Source: Clostridiales bacterium (GTDB lineage Bacteria; Bacillota; Clostridia; Saccharofermentanales; Saccharofermentanaceae). From it: a stretch of DNA of 64,000 bases. Positions 36,894 through 50,886 of this stretch are shown here, piece by piece. A model generated the notes under the pieces. It did no database searches. It saw only the letters and a program-made list of their open reading frames with translations, and was not told the origin of the DNA. The stretch covers positions 13,895 to 77,894 of the forward strand of contig JAFWDK010000008.1 of NCBI GenBank assembly GCA_017513085.1. The letters run 5' to 3'. Both the position numbers and the translations under genes were made by a program. Within the stretch, counting starts at the first letter, position 1, and each line of letters begins with the position of its first letter.

Positions 36894-38128
36894 ACGTCCT
36901 CCTTAAAACCGCCGTGCGGGTGGTCTTCCCGATCTCCCGGACAAAGGTCTTCCTTCCCTTCCAGCTGTGTCGCCCGCATGACGATATTATACCCGTATCT
37001 TGCCCGCAAAGTATCGAGCGCAGTATTGACTTTATCATCACGCTGCATCTTCTCAAAATCTTCAAACACCGTCATCTGACGGTACCCGCCTTCATCCGAC
37101 AGATTGGTCGTGCGCACTCCGATACTACGCAAAGGTGCATGCCAGTCATAACTCTCATCGAAAAGCTCCATGGCAAGCTGTGCGATCGCCTTCTCATCGT
37201 TCGTCTCGGACGGGAGCGCACGCTGTTTCTCATAGGATTTCAGTTCCGTATCCCTCACCCAGATCGTCACGGTCTTGGCCAGAAAGTGATGTTTCCGAAG
37301 ACGCCCGGCCACCTGCGCGGACAAAGCAACGATCACTTTCCACACATCATGGCGGTCAACCATGTCTCTCGGTGTCGTCGTACTGTTTCCGACAGACTTG
37401 AGCGGACGGGAATACGACTCCTCCCTGACCGGCGCCTCGTCTCTCCCGTTAGCATGCTCCCATAAGCTGAACCCGTTCTTTCCCATGGCGGAAATTACAT
37501 AATCCCGATCCAGTCGCGCCAGATCGCCTATCGTCCGGACATTGATCTTGTGAAAAGCATCAGCGGTCGCCTTCCCGACAAAGAGAAGATCCGACACGGG
37601 CAATGGCCAGACGATATCACGGAAATTCTCCTCCGTGATGATCGTAGTAGCATTCGGTTTCTTATAATCGGATCCGAGTTTGGCAAACGTCTTATTAAAA
37701 CTGACACCGACCGAACAACTCAAAAACAGTTCTTCCTTCACACGTCTTCTGATCTCATCCGCGATCTGTTCAGGATGCCCTCCGGAACTCTCCGTGATAT
37801 CCAGCCAGCACTCATCCAACCCGAAAGGTTCGACCTTATCCGTATACTGCAGGAACATCTCCCGAAGCTTCTCCGAAAAATATACATACTGGTCAAAATG
37901 AGCCGGCACGATAAGAAGATCCGGGCATTTTTGCCTGGCCTGCCAGAGCGCCTCGGCCGTCTTCACACCGCACGCCTGAGCCAGCGGATTCTTCGCCAGA
38001 ATAATTCCGTGACGCTTCTCACTGTCCCCGCCGACAGCCATAGGAATATTGCGCCACTCCGGGTGGCTGCGCATCTCTACAGAAGCGAAAAAACAGTTCT
38101 GATCCACATGTAAAATGTCCCTATGCAC
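36890..38128 (-). CDS. dinB: DNA polymerase IV (Y family)
   Basis: LHVDQNCFFASVE, GLDECWLD, AKLGSDYKKP. Confidence 0.93.
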   Translation of the reverse strand: MHRDILHVDQNCFFASVEMRSHPEWRNIPMAVGGDSEKRHGIILAKNPLAQACGVKTAEALWQARQKCPDLLIVPAHFDQYVYFSEKLREMFLQYTDKVEPFGLDECWLDITESSGGHPEQIADEIRRRVKEELFLSCSVGVSFNKTFAKLGSDYKKPNATTIITEENFRDIVWPLPVSDLLFVGKATADAFHKINVRTIGDLARLDRDYVISAMGKNGFSLWEHANGRDEAPVREESYSRPLKSVGNSTTTPRDMVDRHDVWKVIVALSAQVAGRLRKHHFLAKTVTIWVRDTELKSYEKQRALPSETNDEKAIAQLAMELFDESYDWHAPLRSIGVRTTNLSDEGGYRQMTVFEDFEKMQRDDKVNTALDTLRARYGYNIVMRATQLEGKEDLCPGDREDHPHGGFKEDV

Positions 38129-38150
38129 TATGTCTCTCCTTGGCTGGAAT

Positions 38151-38164
38151 CAAACGTTTGTTTG
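38151..38164. promoter_or_regulatory. Putative degenerate LexA (Cheo) box upstream of dinB
   Basis: CAAAC-GTTT-GTTTG resembles the Bacillota consensus CGAAC-N4-GTTCG. Confidence 0.4.
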
Positions 38165-38354
38165 TTTTTCTATAACTATAATATCACCTTTTTTGAACAA
38201 ACTCCAGACTTTACAAAATGGACATGTTTTATTTTCATTTTCGCTTTTATTTTAGAAGTGAGAAATGTATAATTACAAATAGACAAGTTTTTTTATTGTT
38301 GTAAATTTGGCGACCCTGAAGAAGGTGCATTTTTTAACAAAGGATGGTGGATTT

Positions 38355-39062
38355 ATGGCAAAGCATCGTATTTTATTGGTAGATGACGATACCGATATTC
38401 TTGAGATCAATCGCTCGTTTTTGTCAAACGAAGGCTATGAAGTCAGCGTAGCTACAAATATTTCCCAGACACTGCAAAAAGTGGAGACTAATGCTTACGA
38501 TTGCATTGTCCTGGACATCATGCTTCCGGATGGTAATGCCTTTGATCTTCCTTCGAAGATCCATGTACACTGCAATACTCCGATCATCTTCCTTTCCGCT
38601 AAGGATCAGACAGAAGACAAGATCGCAGGTCTGCGTGCCGGCGGCTCTGACTATATGACGAAGCCGTATAGTCTTCCTGAGCTCTCCGCTCGTATCGCTG
38701 CCCACATCCGCAGCAATATGGCACGTGACGGCTTCCTTATGGAATTCCCGCCGCTGACCATGAACGTGAAGACCCGTGAGGTTACGCTTAATGGCACACC
38801 TGTTCATCTTACCAATCGTGAGTTCGACATTCTCCGTCTCCTGGCGGAAACACCGAACGTAATCGTTCCTTTTGCACGCATTTATGCAAATGTATGGGGT
38901 GACGATGGTCTGTGCGACAATCACCTCGTAATGGTCAATATCAGTTATCTGAGAAAGAAGATGGAAAAGGCTGATCCGACTGTTCAGTTTGTTAAGACAG
39001 AATGGGGTAGCGGCTACTCCTTCACCTTCCCACCGATCAGAAATACGATGCGCGCCGAGTAA
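38355..39062 (+). CDS. OmpR-family response regulator
   Basis: ILLVDDD, LDIMLPDG, DYMTKP, LTNREFDIL, TEWGSGY. Confidence 0.93.
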   Translation: MAKHRILLVDDDTDILEINRSFLSNEGYEVSVATNISQTLQKVETNAYDCIVLDIMLPDGNAFDLPSKIHVHCNTPIIFLSAKDQTEDKIAGLRAGGSDYMTKPYSLPELSARIAAHIRSNMARDGFLMEFPPLTMNVKTREVTLNGTPVHLTNREFDILRLLAETPNVIVPFARIYANVWGDDGLCDNHLVMVNISYLRKKMEKADPTVQFVKTEWGSGYSFTFPPIRNTMRAE

Positions 39063-39087
39063 GCTTAGTCGGAAAGCGTGACAAAGC

Positions 39088-41286
39088 ATGTCCAAGGATC
39101 GCAACTCTATTGCCAAGAAGCGTCTTTCCGTAACCGCGTATCTTATCTTAGTTATTTTTGCAATCGCTGTCTTGTCGGTAGTTTTCCTTCTGGTAAACTA
39201 CCGGCGGAGCAGCGATTATTCTTTTACAGATGATGGCGTGCTGGATCTTCGCAACTGGAACGACGACAGTTCCCCTATCATTCTGGGCAAAGGCTGGCAG
39301 TTCTATCCGCATCAGCTCCTGACTCCGGAAGATGTCAGAAGAGACAGACGTGTGCAAGCCACCACCGGCGAAATCGAATACAATTGCTATGAAAACGTGC
39401 AGATCACGACCGAAGGCTGGCGTGATCTGGGCTCTTCGGCGACACTCAAGCAAGCCGGAAACGGAAGCAAGACCGAACCCATGGAATCTTTTGGTTTCGG
39501 CACGTACTGCCTCGATCTCGTATTCAGCAGCACTACAGATTATGTTACGATCAATCTGCCGAACATTGCCCAATCCGCCAGGATCTGGGTCAACGGAAAA
39601 ACCATACGTCATTTCGGTATAGTTTCCACATATGAAGCAGCATATGTACCGGAAGAGATCAGCACGGATATCCAGGTAGAGCCTTCAGAAACCGGACATG
39701 TTGAGATCATCATCAACTGCGCCAACTTCTCCGCGCCTAACGGAGGCATTCTCTGCAGTCCATGTCTGGCATCCACTTCTTCCATCGAGCTGATCAAGTA
39801 CAGTACCAGAATGTATCTGGCTGTACTCATCGTACTGTGGATCGGATTCCTGATCGGCGGTCTTTATATCTCCCAGACCTTCCAGGGAAAGAGCAAGTTC
39901 TACTTCTTCATGCTGTTCTTCCTGTTTGAGATCCTGTATGAGAATTTCGATCCGGCGGTTACGCTTCTTCCGGGATCGTGGAACTATCTGCTCCGCGTTA
40001 CGATCCTGATCTTTATGAATTACTTCTCATTTCTTTTCTATGTTTCATTGTACCCGAGAGGCGCCAGCAAGCTGAACGATAAGATCCGTTATTTCGAGTC
40101 GATCTTCTTCTCACTTATTTCGGTCCTTTACATTCTGACTTACTGGTGTTTCCCGAGATTCCTGTATCAGCGGTCCTCGGTATTCGCAAACTTCATTCTG
40201 ATTCTGTTCACCAATCTGTATTGCATGAGCAAAGTCTTCTACATGGTCCGCCGACATGAACACGGACACTATCTGTATACACTTTCCGTGATGGTAACCA
40301 GCTTCCTTCACTTTTCGGTATTCATCCAGACACAGTACTATATCCCGATCACGCTGCATGCGTTTATTCTTATCTTCTTCACATTGATCTACGGCAGTTA
40401 CTTCATCATGGATTATGTGAAGACTTTTGAGAAGCTCTCGTTCCATAATAAGAATCTGGAAAGTGCGGTGGATGAAAAAACCAAGTATATCGCCAAAGTT
40501 AATCAGGATCTTCTTCGTAACCATGAGAAGCTCCTCGAAAACGAAGAAGCAAGAAAAAAGATGCTCTCCAACGTTTCTCACGATCTTCGTACACCGATCA
40601 CAGCGATCCGCGGATATGTCGAGCTGATGCTGAATGCAAAAGAACCCCTCCCCCGCGAACAGGAAGTCCAGTATCTTAAGAATATCCATACACGTAGCAC
40701 ACAAATGGAGCAGCTTATCTCCGACCTGGTACAGCTGACACGTCTGGAATCGGAGAATGACACATTGGATCTGATGCCCATCAGCGTCAAAGAGATGGTT
40801 CACGATCTATATACGCTCTACCACGCCGAGTGCGAAGGAACGAAAAAACAAGTGCTTTTTGAGGCGCCGGATGACGACGATCTGCTCATCGACGGCGATG
40901 CCAAGAAGTTACTGCGCGTATTTGAAAACATCATCGTCAACGCTATGAAATATACACGCGAGGACGGCATTATCCGCATCATCTGTCACCGATACGGCGA
41001 TCCGGCCATGCTGGGCGGCAATGCGGTGGAAGTAATCGTGAAAGACAACGGCGTAGGTATTCCGCCTAACGAAGTACCCTACGTTTTTGACCGCTTCTAC
41101 CGTGCCGAAAACTCCGGCATCAACAAGACGGGTTCCGGGCTTGGTCTTTCCATCGTGAAGAGCATCATGGATAAGCACGGCGGCAAGATCTGGGCCGAGA
41201 GCGAAGAAGGACAAGGATCGGAATTCCATATCGTATTCCGCGCCTCCGAGTTCAACTTTGACGAAGAACCGGAAGAGGAAGAATGA
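39088..41286 (+). CDS. Sensor histidine kinase with extracellular beta-sandwich and multi-TM (7TM-DISM-like) input
   Basis: GVLDLRNW..GWQFYP, ~7 TM segments, SHDLRTP, NAMKY, DNGVGI, GSGLGL. Confidence 0.9.
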   Translation: MSKDRNSIAKKRLSVTAYLILVIFAIAVLSVVFLLVNYRRSSDYSFTDDGVLDLRNWNDDSSPIILGKGWQFYPHQLLTPEDVRRDRRVQATTGEIEYNCYENVQITTEGWRDLGSSATLKQAGNGSKTEPMESFGFGTYCLDLVFSSTTDYVTINLPNIAQSARIWVNGKTIRHFGIVSTYEAAYVPEEISTDIQVEPSETGHVEIIINCANFSAPNGGILCSPCLASTSSIELIKYSTRMYLAVLIVLWIGFLIGGLYISQTFQGKSKFYFFMLFFLFEILYENFDPAVTLLPGSWNYLLRVTILIFMNYFSFLFYVSLYPRGASKLNDKIRYFESIFFSLISVLYILTYWCFPRFLYQRSSVFANFILILFTNLYCMSKVFYMVRRHEHGHYLYTLSVMVTSFLHFSVFIQTQYYIPITLHAFILIFFTLIYGSYFIMDYVKTFEKLSFHNKNLESAVDEKTKYIAKVNQDLLRNHEKLLENEEARKKMLSNVSHDLRTPITAIRGYVELMLNAKEPLPREQEVQYLKNIHTRSTQMEQLISDLVQLTRLESENDTLDLMPISVKEMVHDLYTLYHAECEGTKKQVLFEAPDDDDLLIDGDAKKLLRVFENIIVNAMKYTREDGIIRIICHRYGDPAMLGGNAVEVIVKDNGVGIPPNEVPYVFDRFYRAENSGINKTGSGLGLSIVKSIMDKHGGKIWAESEEGQGSEFHIVFRASEFNFDEEPEEEE

Positions 41287-41312
41287 TCCAAAGACGAACA
41301 TAAAACAGGCAC

Positions 41313-41353
41313 AAAGAAAGAGAGGACATCCCCTACGAGACGTCCTCTCTTTC
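41313..41353. terminator. Terminator between convergent genes
   Basis: GAAAGAGAGGAC...GTCCTCTCTTTC. Confidence 0.75.
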
Positions 41354-41381
41354 ACATTAAGCTCTTGTGTTCAAAAAGCAC

Positions 41382-41585
41382 TTACGCGTTTGCTTCCAGG
41401 TACTCATTCAGAGCAGTGACGAGCTGGTCACAATCCAGACCATGTACTGCGCAAGCTTCCTCGATCGACTCACCATGAGCCATCGCGCAACCCAGGCAAT
41501 GCAGTCCGCTGTTCATAAAGATCGGTACCAGATCCTGGTGCTCGTTCAATACTTCCGCAATGATCATATCTTTAGTAATAGCCAT
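41382..41585 (-). CDS. DUF1858 family small protein
   Basis: ITKDMII.EV...GLHCLGC..A.GESIEEAC.VHG.D. Confidence 0.88.
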   Translation of the reverse strand: MAITKDMIIAEVLNEHQDLVPIFMNSGLHCLGCAMAHGESIEEACAVHGLDCDQLVTALNEYLEANA

Positions 41586-41740
41586 ATTCTATTTCCTCCA
41601 TTGTAAACATATACTGCTACATTACCACGAGTTGACAGAGAATGCAATTTGAAATTCCTTAGGTTTATTTCTCAGTTTTTGATACGTTTATGTTATATTG
41701 GAAAGAGATCAAACCGAAAACCAGAAGGAGGAAACGATAC

Positions 41741-43078
41741 ATGAAACTCAACTATAAGCGGACGCTTCTCTCCGGAATGGCATTTCTGGTCATCATGGCT
41801 TTTTGGCAGATGTACGATAACGTACTTCCTCTCATGCTGAGAAGCACCTTTCATCTGAATGAAACCCTGATCGGCGTGATCATGGCTTCCGACAATATTC
41901 TGGCGCTGTTCCTGCTACCGCTTTTCGGTAAGCTTTCCGATCACACACATACCCGTATCGGTAAACGTATGCCGTATATCCTGTTTGGCACCGGACTTGC
42001 CATCATCTTTACCAACATACTTCCCATACTGGACAACAGCTACTACGCTTCGGCCGGCAACCTGAAAATGGTTTCCTTCATCGTAACACTCGGACTCCTT
42101 CTGATCGCCATGGCGGTCTTCCGCTCTCCGGCGGTCGCCCTGATGCCTGATGTTACGCCGAAGCCTTTGCGTTCTCAGGGAAATGCCGTAGTTAACCTGA
42201 TGGGCGCGCTGGGCGGTATCATCTACCTTATCTTTTCTGCACTGATGTATCCGGAATCCAAGACAAAAGCAGCCGAGCATGTCAATTATCAGCCGCTTTT
42301 CATCTTCATCGCTTCCCTCATGTTCGTCGTCATCGGAATCATGTTTCTGACTGTGCGCGAGCCTAAGTGGTCAAAAGAAAACTCAGAAATCGAAAAAGCA
42401 CATCCTGAATGGGATCTTACCGAAAAGACCAAAGACAAAAGATCCCGTCTGCCCAAACCGGTCCTGCGCTCCATGATCTTCCTTCTCATGTCCGTCGCGC
42501 TCTGGTATTTCGCCTATAATGCGCTGACAACATGGTTCACTTCTTATGTGGATATCGTCATGGATAAACAATTAGGCTTTGCTTCAACTTGTTTTCTGGT
42601 AACCAATGTCGGCGCGATCCTTTTCTTTATCCCCGCAGGCATAATTGCTTCTAAGATCGGACGGAAGAAATCGATCCTGACCGGCACTTTGATCTTCAGC
42701 AGTTGCTTCCTGGCCGCATTTTTCATCACGACATCAGCCAAAGAAAACGCCATCATTCCAATGTATATCGACTTCTTTATCGTCGGAGTCTCCTGGGCAC
42801 TGATCAACGTCAACTCCCTGCCTATGGCCGTAGAGATGTGCAATGGCGCGGACACCGGCAAATTCACCGGTTATTACTATGCCGCTTCCATGAGCGCACA
42901 AGTCGTAACGCCGGTCCTTGCAGGCTTTTTGCTCCGTTACATCGGTTATAAGATCCTCTTTCCGTATGCGGCTGTTTTTGCCTTTTTGAGTTTCACAACC
43001 ATGCTCTTCGTCCGGCATGGGGATAATCGTGTCGCGGCAGTCAAAAATCTGAATGCTTTTGAAGATATGGATCTATGA
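41741..43078 (+). CDS. MFS transporter (SLC45/maltose-permease-like)
   Basis: GKLSDHTHTRIGKRMPYIL, RSPAVALMPDVTP, GKFTGYYY. Confidence 0.88.
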   Translation: MKLNYKRTLLSGMAFLVIMAFWQMYDNVLPLMLRSTFHLNETLIGVIMASDNILALFLLPLFGKLSDHTHTRIGKRMPYILFGTGLAIIFTNILPILDNSYYASAGNLKMVSFIVTLGLLLIAMAVFRSPAVALMPDVTPKPLRSQGNAVVNLMGALGGIIYLIFSALMYPESKTKAAEHVNYQPLFIFIASLMFVVIGIMFLTVREPKWSKENSEIEKAHPEWDLTEKTKDKRSRLPKPVLRSMIFLLMSVALWYFAYNALTTWFTSYVDIVMDKQLGFASTCFLVTNVGAILFFIPAGIIASKIGRKKSILTGTLIFSSCFLAAFFITTSAKENAIIPMYIDFFIVGVSWALINVNSLPMAVEMCNGADTGKFTGYYYAASMSAQVVTPVLAGFLLRYIGYKILFPYAAVFAFLSFTTMLFVRHGDNRVAAVKNLNAFEDMDL

Positions 43079-43166
43079 TTATATAGAGTATAAAAAGATA
43101 ATAGCATCTTGACAAATACAAATGTTATGCTTGTCTGCAGATTTGAAGGAAAAATCGAAAAAACCC

Positions 43167-43195
43167 TTGACAATAGGCGATTTGACGTTCATAAT
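43167..43195 (+). promoter_or_regulatory. Sigma-A promoter of hup
   Basis: TTGACA-17-CATAAT. Confidence 0.65.
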
Positions 43196-43232
43196 AACGA
43201 TTGTTAATAAAGCCCTGAAGGAGGCATTGATT

Positions 43233-43517
43233 ATGAATAAATCAGAACTTATTGATGCAGTTGCAAAGTCAACAAAGTTGACAAAGAAGGATGCTGAGGC
43301 AGCTATCAACGCTACACTCGATGCTATCGGCGATGCTCTCGCTGCTAAGAAGCCGGAGAAGGTTGTTCTCGTTGGTTTCGGTACATTCGAGACAAAGAAG
43401 CGTGCAGCTCGTAAGGGTCGCAACCCGAGCACAAAGGAAGTTATCGACATTCCTGCTTCCAAGGCTCCTGTTTTCAAGGCTGGTAAGGGCCTGAAGGACA
43501 AGGTTAACAAGAAGTAA
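43233..43517 (+). CDS. hup: DNA-binding protein HU
   Basis: MNKSELI, GFGTF, RKGRNP, PVFKAGK; AAGGAGG RBS. Confidence 0.96.
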   Translation: MNKSELIDAVAKSTKLTKKDAEAAINATLDAIGDALAAKKPEKVVLVGFGTFETKKRAARKGRNPSTKEVIDIPASKAPVFKAGKGLKDKVNKK

Positions 43518-43538
43518 TTTTTGTTAGATTGTTAGATC

Positions 43539-43569
43539 AAAAAGACTGTCTCATCGAGGCAGTCTTTTT
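43539..43569. terminator. Bidirectional terminator
   Basis: AAAAAGACTGTCTC-ATC-GAGGCAGTCTTTTT. Confidence 0.85.
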
Positions 43570-43593
43570 CTTTTGCCGTTATTCAGATCCCCA

Positions 43594-44208
43594 TCAATAT
43601 TCCGATCTTCCGTAACTTCGGAAAACTTCCTCCATGGAGGCATCCAGGAGCCGGTTGATCATGGATACCACACGGGTCTCCTCCCCTCCTTTTGCCCGTC
43701 GTTTCATGGCATAACGGATATTTCTTTCCACCTGGCTGGGTGACATATGAAATACAGGCATGGCCTTCGGATAAAGAAGCTTGGCCACGCCACGAAGGAG
43801 CGACGGGTCCTGGAACAACTGATAGATCAGGAAACGCAAAATCTGTGTTCCGACCAGAGTCGGATCAAATCCGTTCTTCTTCAATGTCGTCTCGATCGCA
43901 TAATAAACATATGCATCGTCGGCATGCGCACTTCGCCGGTCGGCACCGGTAATGCTCATTACTTTCTGATTGACCTGATTTGCCGCAAATTCACGGCCAC
44001 GACGGCCGTCAACAAGATAGTGCACTTTCCCGTCCGCACTACTGATTCCGACCATTCCATTGTTGAGAAGCATGGAATTCACACAATTAAGAATCGCTCT
44101 ATCATCACATGCAATATAAAAACCATATTCATTCGGATTCTTGTGCTTGTATGAAGACTGCTCCCCAGAGGCAACTCTGCTGAAACTGTTCATATTTTCA
44201 CACTCCAA
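43594..44208 (-). CDS. Protein with Spo0A C-terminal-like DNA-binding domain, no canonical receiver
   Basis: GTQIL...KLLYP...SPSQVERNIRYAM resembles Spo0A KxLYP..ASRVERAIRHAI. Confidence 0.65.
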   Translation of the reverse strand: MECENMNSFSRVASGEQSSYKHKNPNEYGFYIACDDRAILNCVNSMLLNNGMVGISSADGKVHYLVDGRRGREFAANQVNQKVMSITGADRRSAHADDAYVYYAIETTLKKNGFDPTLVGTQILRFLIYQLFQDPSLLRGVAKLLYPKAMPVFHMSPSQVERNIRYAMKRRAKGGEETRVVSMINRLLDASMEEVFRSYGRSEY

Positions 44209-44269
44209 ATGTTTTTTCTATATTAAAACATCTTCAGAAAACGAAGTCTATATGATATAAGCACAATTT

Positions 44270-44697
44270 TTATTTTTTCACGAACTCTTCTTCCTTATCC
44301 TCATCAAGCTCTTCCGCCTTCTGAATCGAATAAGCATAGTGCGCATAAGGTGTATACTTGACCATCACCTCGTCGCCTTTCTCAAGCTCGAATTCAAAAG
44401 GATTCACATAATAGATCACTCCATTGATCGTTATGTGATCCTTGAAATAAGACACCTTCTCGATTGTTCCTCTCTCCTGCTTAAACGTGGAACGCAAAAC
44501 CGTCGTAGTATCCAAAACACGCGGAATCGAGAAAACAGCAAGCTGGACAAGCAGGATCACCATAAGCACGACCGGCATGAGGAATAAGAAACCATGACGC
44601 CAGCGATTGTGCTGCGTATTCTTCGTTGCCCATAAAAACACGATCAGAAGCAGCAGGCTGATCAGAAGATGCACGCCAAGATTTCCCCAGAAATAAC

Positions 44698-44701
<4 letters not shown>
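44270..44701 (-). CDS. Hypothetical membrane protein
   Basis: Two N-terminal TM helices; overlaps the upstream stop. Confidence 0.65.
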
Positions 44702-47980
<3,279 letters not shown>

Positions 47981-48000
47981 TTGCCTTCACTCCGTATCAA

Positions 48001-48237
48001 TCAATCTTCAAACTCGTACGGATCATAATCTGCAAGAAGTTCCTTAAGAACAGCAACTTCTTCAGCAGTCAAAGTAATACCCTTTCCGGCACGCTCATGC
48101 TCCGGTGCCCAGTCACGGATATCCAGCTTCGGCTTACCGTCGTTCCAACGAATAATATTCACTTCACGATTCCAGTTAGATTTACTTGTAGACAAAATAC
48201 CGATTTCCTTAACAACTTCGGACTTGATCTCTGCCAT
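48001..48237 (-). CDS. YdbC/PC4 family ssDNA-binding protein
   Basis: W.REVN.I.WN...PK.DIRDW.P......KGITL. Confidence 0.9.
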   Translation of the reverse strand: MAEIKSEVVKEIGILSTSKSNWNREVNIIRWNDGKPKLDIRDWAPEHERAGKGITLTAEEVAVLKELLADYDPYEFED

Positions 48238-48348
48238 TTTCTTTTTCCTGCCTTCCTGTCAGGACATTTCCTGACAATTCTTTCAATACCAGATGATTAT
48301 AACATATGCTATTATATTTTTTGACTACAATTTCATTGGAGATGCAAA

Positions 48349-49212
48349 ATGACTTTCAACATCGGTACGATCCTGCTTTGTATCCTCGGTCTGGGGTTCC
48401 TGACCGGAATCATTCTGCTCGTCTATTCCTATCTTGAAGCCGGAAACCTCAAGGTCGACATCCGGGATATCGATGCGTACCGATCGTCCGATCAAAAGTC
48501 CGGAGAAACCGTGACAATAGGATTTTTCTCCGATTCACACGGTAAATTCTGTCATTTCAAACCGGAGCGAGTCTCCCGGGAATTTCTCGAACACAACTGC
48601 GACCTGGTGCTTTTCGGCGGAGATTGCTGTCTGCATCATCATGTCGACCCGACGGATCTTACCATGTTGCGGGAGGTCGCATCCGATCTGAAAACAAAGG
48701 ATATCGATCTTTTTGCCATCTACGGCAACCATGACGGACAGATGAAAGATGAATATTTCGAAGAGATGGGCGTGATCCTTCTCAAGGATTCCTGGCGGGA
48801 GATCACCATCGGCAACGCCCGGTTTGCGCTTTGCGGACTTTACGACAGCGGGCGGGAAAACCGTGTCTGGCCGAAGATCCCGAAAGATTTCTCAGACTAT
48901 CCGGGATTCCGCCTTCTTCTTGTCCATAACCCTGATTATATCTATTCTCTTCCGGACTATACCGGAAAGAAAAACCTTCCTTACGATTATCAGCTTTCCG
49001 GTCATCTGCACGGCGGTCAGGTCCATCTTCCGTTCACGCTGGAATATAAACTTCTGCGCTATGACCGCATCGCCCTGGAAGAAAATATCCTCGGAGGCGC
49101 TTTTACCTTCCGAGGACTTTCCGGTTTTATCTCCAAGGGTGTCGGTTGCGGCGCTCTTCCCATCCGTTTCCGCGCACGCCCGGAGATCCATATTTTACGT
49201 TTTCATTTTTAA
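48349..49212 (+). CDS. Metallophosphoesterase (YkuE-like)
   Basis: SDSH, GGD, GNHD, HNP, SGHLHGGQ. Confidence 0.9.
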   Translation: MTFNIGTILLCILGLGFLTGIILLVYSYLEAGNLKVDIRDIDAYRSSDQKSGETVTIGFFSDSHGKFCHFKPERVSREFLEHNCDLVLFGGDCCLHHHVDPTDLTMLREVASDLKTKDIDLFAIYGNHDGQMKDEYFEEMGVILLKDSWREITIGNARFALCGLYDSGRENRVWPKIPKDFSDYPGFRLLLVHNPDYIYSLPDYTGKKNLPYDYQLSGHLHGGQVHLPFTLEYKLLRYDRIALEENILGGAFTFRGLSGFISKGVGCGALPIRFRARPEIHILRFHF

Positions 49213-49221
49213 TACCGCTGC

Positions 49222-50886
49222 TTAGCGATTCTCTAAGAAGTGTGGAGTGAAGCAGCAGAAAAGTGTACCCAGACCAATGTTTACCACGGTTCCGATCACC
49301 AACGCCGGAAGCATCACATGAAGAACAATACCGACGATCACCGCAATAATGGCAGGGAACATTCCGATGTACAGGAATACCATCTGAACCACTGCTTTGA
49401 TCGAACTGCCCGTCTTTTGCGGCAGAGAAACGTTGATAAATGTACCCACTGCCGTGCCGAAGAAGCTGACGGATATGATGAACAGCATCCAGCCTAATAC
49501 AACCAGAGGATTCTCCATCAGGAGAACGGTTACCACGATCAACGGAAGCAGAAGGTCGATTGCACAAACCACAAGTCCTCCGAACATGGAATACCACATT
49601 TTCATAAACGAAGAATCCGGAACGAGTACGAAAAACTCTCTTGATGTATCTTCTTCCAGAGGGTTGCCCAATGTCCGGTAAAATACCAGCACGATCAAAG
49701 CTATCGCAGGTACCACGATCGGGCTTGCGCCATCAATGTCACGTCCCAGCCAGGCCGCTACGCCGGCTACAAGTGTAAATACGATCGATGTCTTCGAAAG
49801 CACTTTGAAAATACCGAAGCGCAGGCGGTTATAGATCGGTTTGAAGAAGAATACGCTGGCGCCAAAACCATGCGAGAAACCTTCACGATTCAGCTTATCG
49901 CTTCTGTCTTTCTGTCTGGTCATAACACCACCATTGGCAGATCTCTTGGCATTGTCGAGCAATTCCGCTTTCTTCTCTGCCGCGCCAATAGCATCTTCGT
50001 AAAAATCTGCTTTCATCTTCCAGATAAAGACGACCAGGCATGCGCAACCAAGGATAAACAAAGCCAGGAAGATCAAGGATCTTGCCACAGAACCGGTGAG
50101 CGCATAGTAGCAGAAACCACGGATCCAGCCCCAGAAAGGAACAAAGAATGTGTTACGGTTTCCGAAGAAACGGCATGCGCAAGTAAGAAGATCTTTCTCG
50201 GAACCGAGCGTTCTATAAAGGAAGAAAGCACCTGCCAGTACAGCTAAAAACACGATCAGATATGTCGTCATACTCTTGCCCGGACGCTTCCTGTTCGAAG
50301 AAATCGTATAGAATGCTACCTGGATCAGAGTACCCAGGACCGAAAGGAGCGAATACGCGAAGATGATCGAAAGGCTTCCGTAAATACTGAATCCTGCCCC
50401 TGAGGTAAGTTGAGGCATATAGAACAGCATACCTATGGAACATAACACCATCAGGCCCATCTGTCCCAAAAGACGGAAAAGCATGACTGACTGGGGTTTG
50501 ATCGGTGCGGCAAATAACATCGGAACATCACCGGGCTGGAAAATATTGCCGGCCTTTTGTGAATTGGCGATATTCGATACCAAAACCAGGATCGCAGCCA
50601 AGGCAATGATAGTATCTGTAAACAGGTACTTATCGATCCCTCTCTTTTCGAGGAAATTCTGAGAGTCTTCAGAATCGGCTTCTTCATCCTTCTCTCCCAG
50701 ACCAATAGTAACCGAGATTTGTTCTTTCTCGTCGGGATCATCGGAATCCGGTATAAGGCTACCGATCACAAATCCGATTAATCCACCCACGATCATTAGC
50801 ACAAGAAACAAGGCAACCCATGTCTTCAAAAGTTTTTTGAACGTATTAATGAAAGAATGGGCAAAGTAGTACAGGAAGGGTCTCAT
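49222..50886 (-). CDS. Putative ABC exporter permease
   Basis: Multi-TM; F.PGDV..LF.AP..PQ; DFYEDA; coupled to the ATPase. Confidence 0.8.
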   Translation of the reverse strand: MRPFLYYFAHSFINTFKKLLKTWVALFLVLMIVGGLIGFVIGSLIPDSDDPDEKEQISVTIGLGEKDEEADSEDSQNFLEKRGIDKYLFTDTIIALAAILVLVSNIANSQKAGNIFQPGDVPMLFAAPIKPQSVMLFRLLGQMGLMVLCSIGMLFYMPQLTSGAGFSIYGSLSIIFAYSLLSVLGTLIQVAFYTISSNRKRPGKSMTTYLIVFLAVLAGAFFLYRTLGSEKDLLTCACRFFGNRNTFFVPFWGWIRGFCYYALTGSVARSLIFLALFILGCACLVVFIWKMKADFYEDAIGAAEKKAELLDNAKRSANGGVMTRQKDRSDKLNREGFSHGFGASVFFFKPIYNRLRFGIFKVLSKTSIVFTLVAGVAAWLGRDIDGASPIVVPAIALIVLVFYRTLGNPLEEDTSREFFVLVPDSSFMKMWYSMFGGLVVCAIDLLLPLIVVTVLLMENPLVVLGWMLFIISVSFFGTAVGTFINVSLPQKTGSSIKAVVQMVFLYIGMFPAIIAVIVGIVLHVMLPALVIGTVVNIGLGTLFCCFTPHFLENR

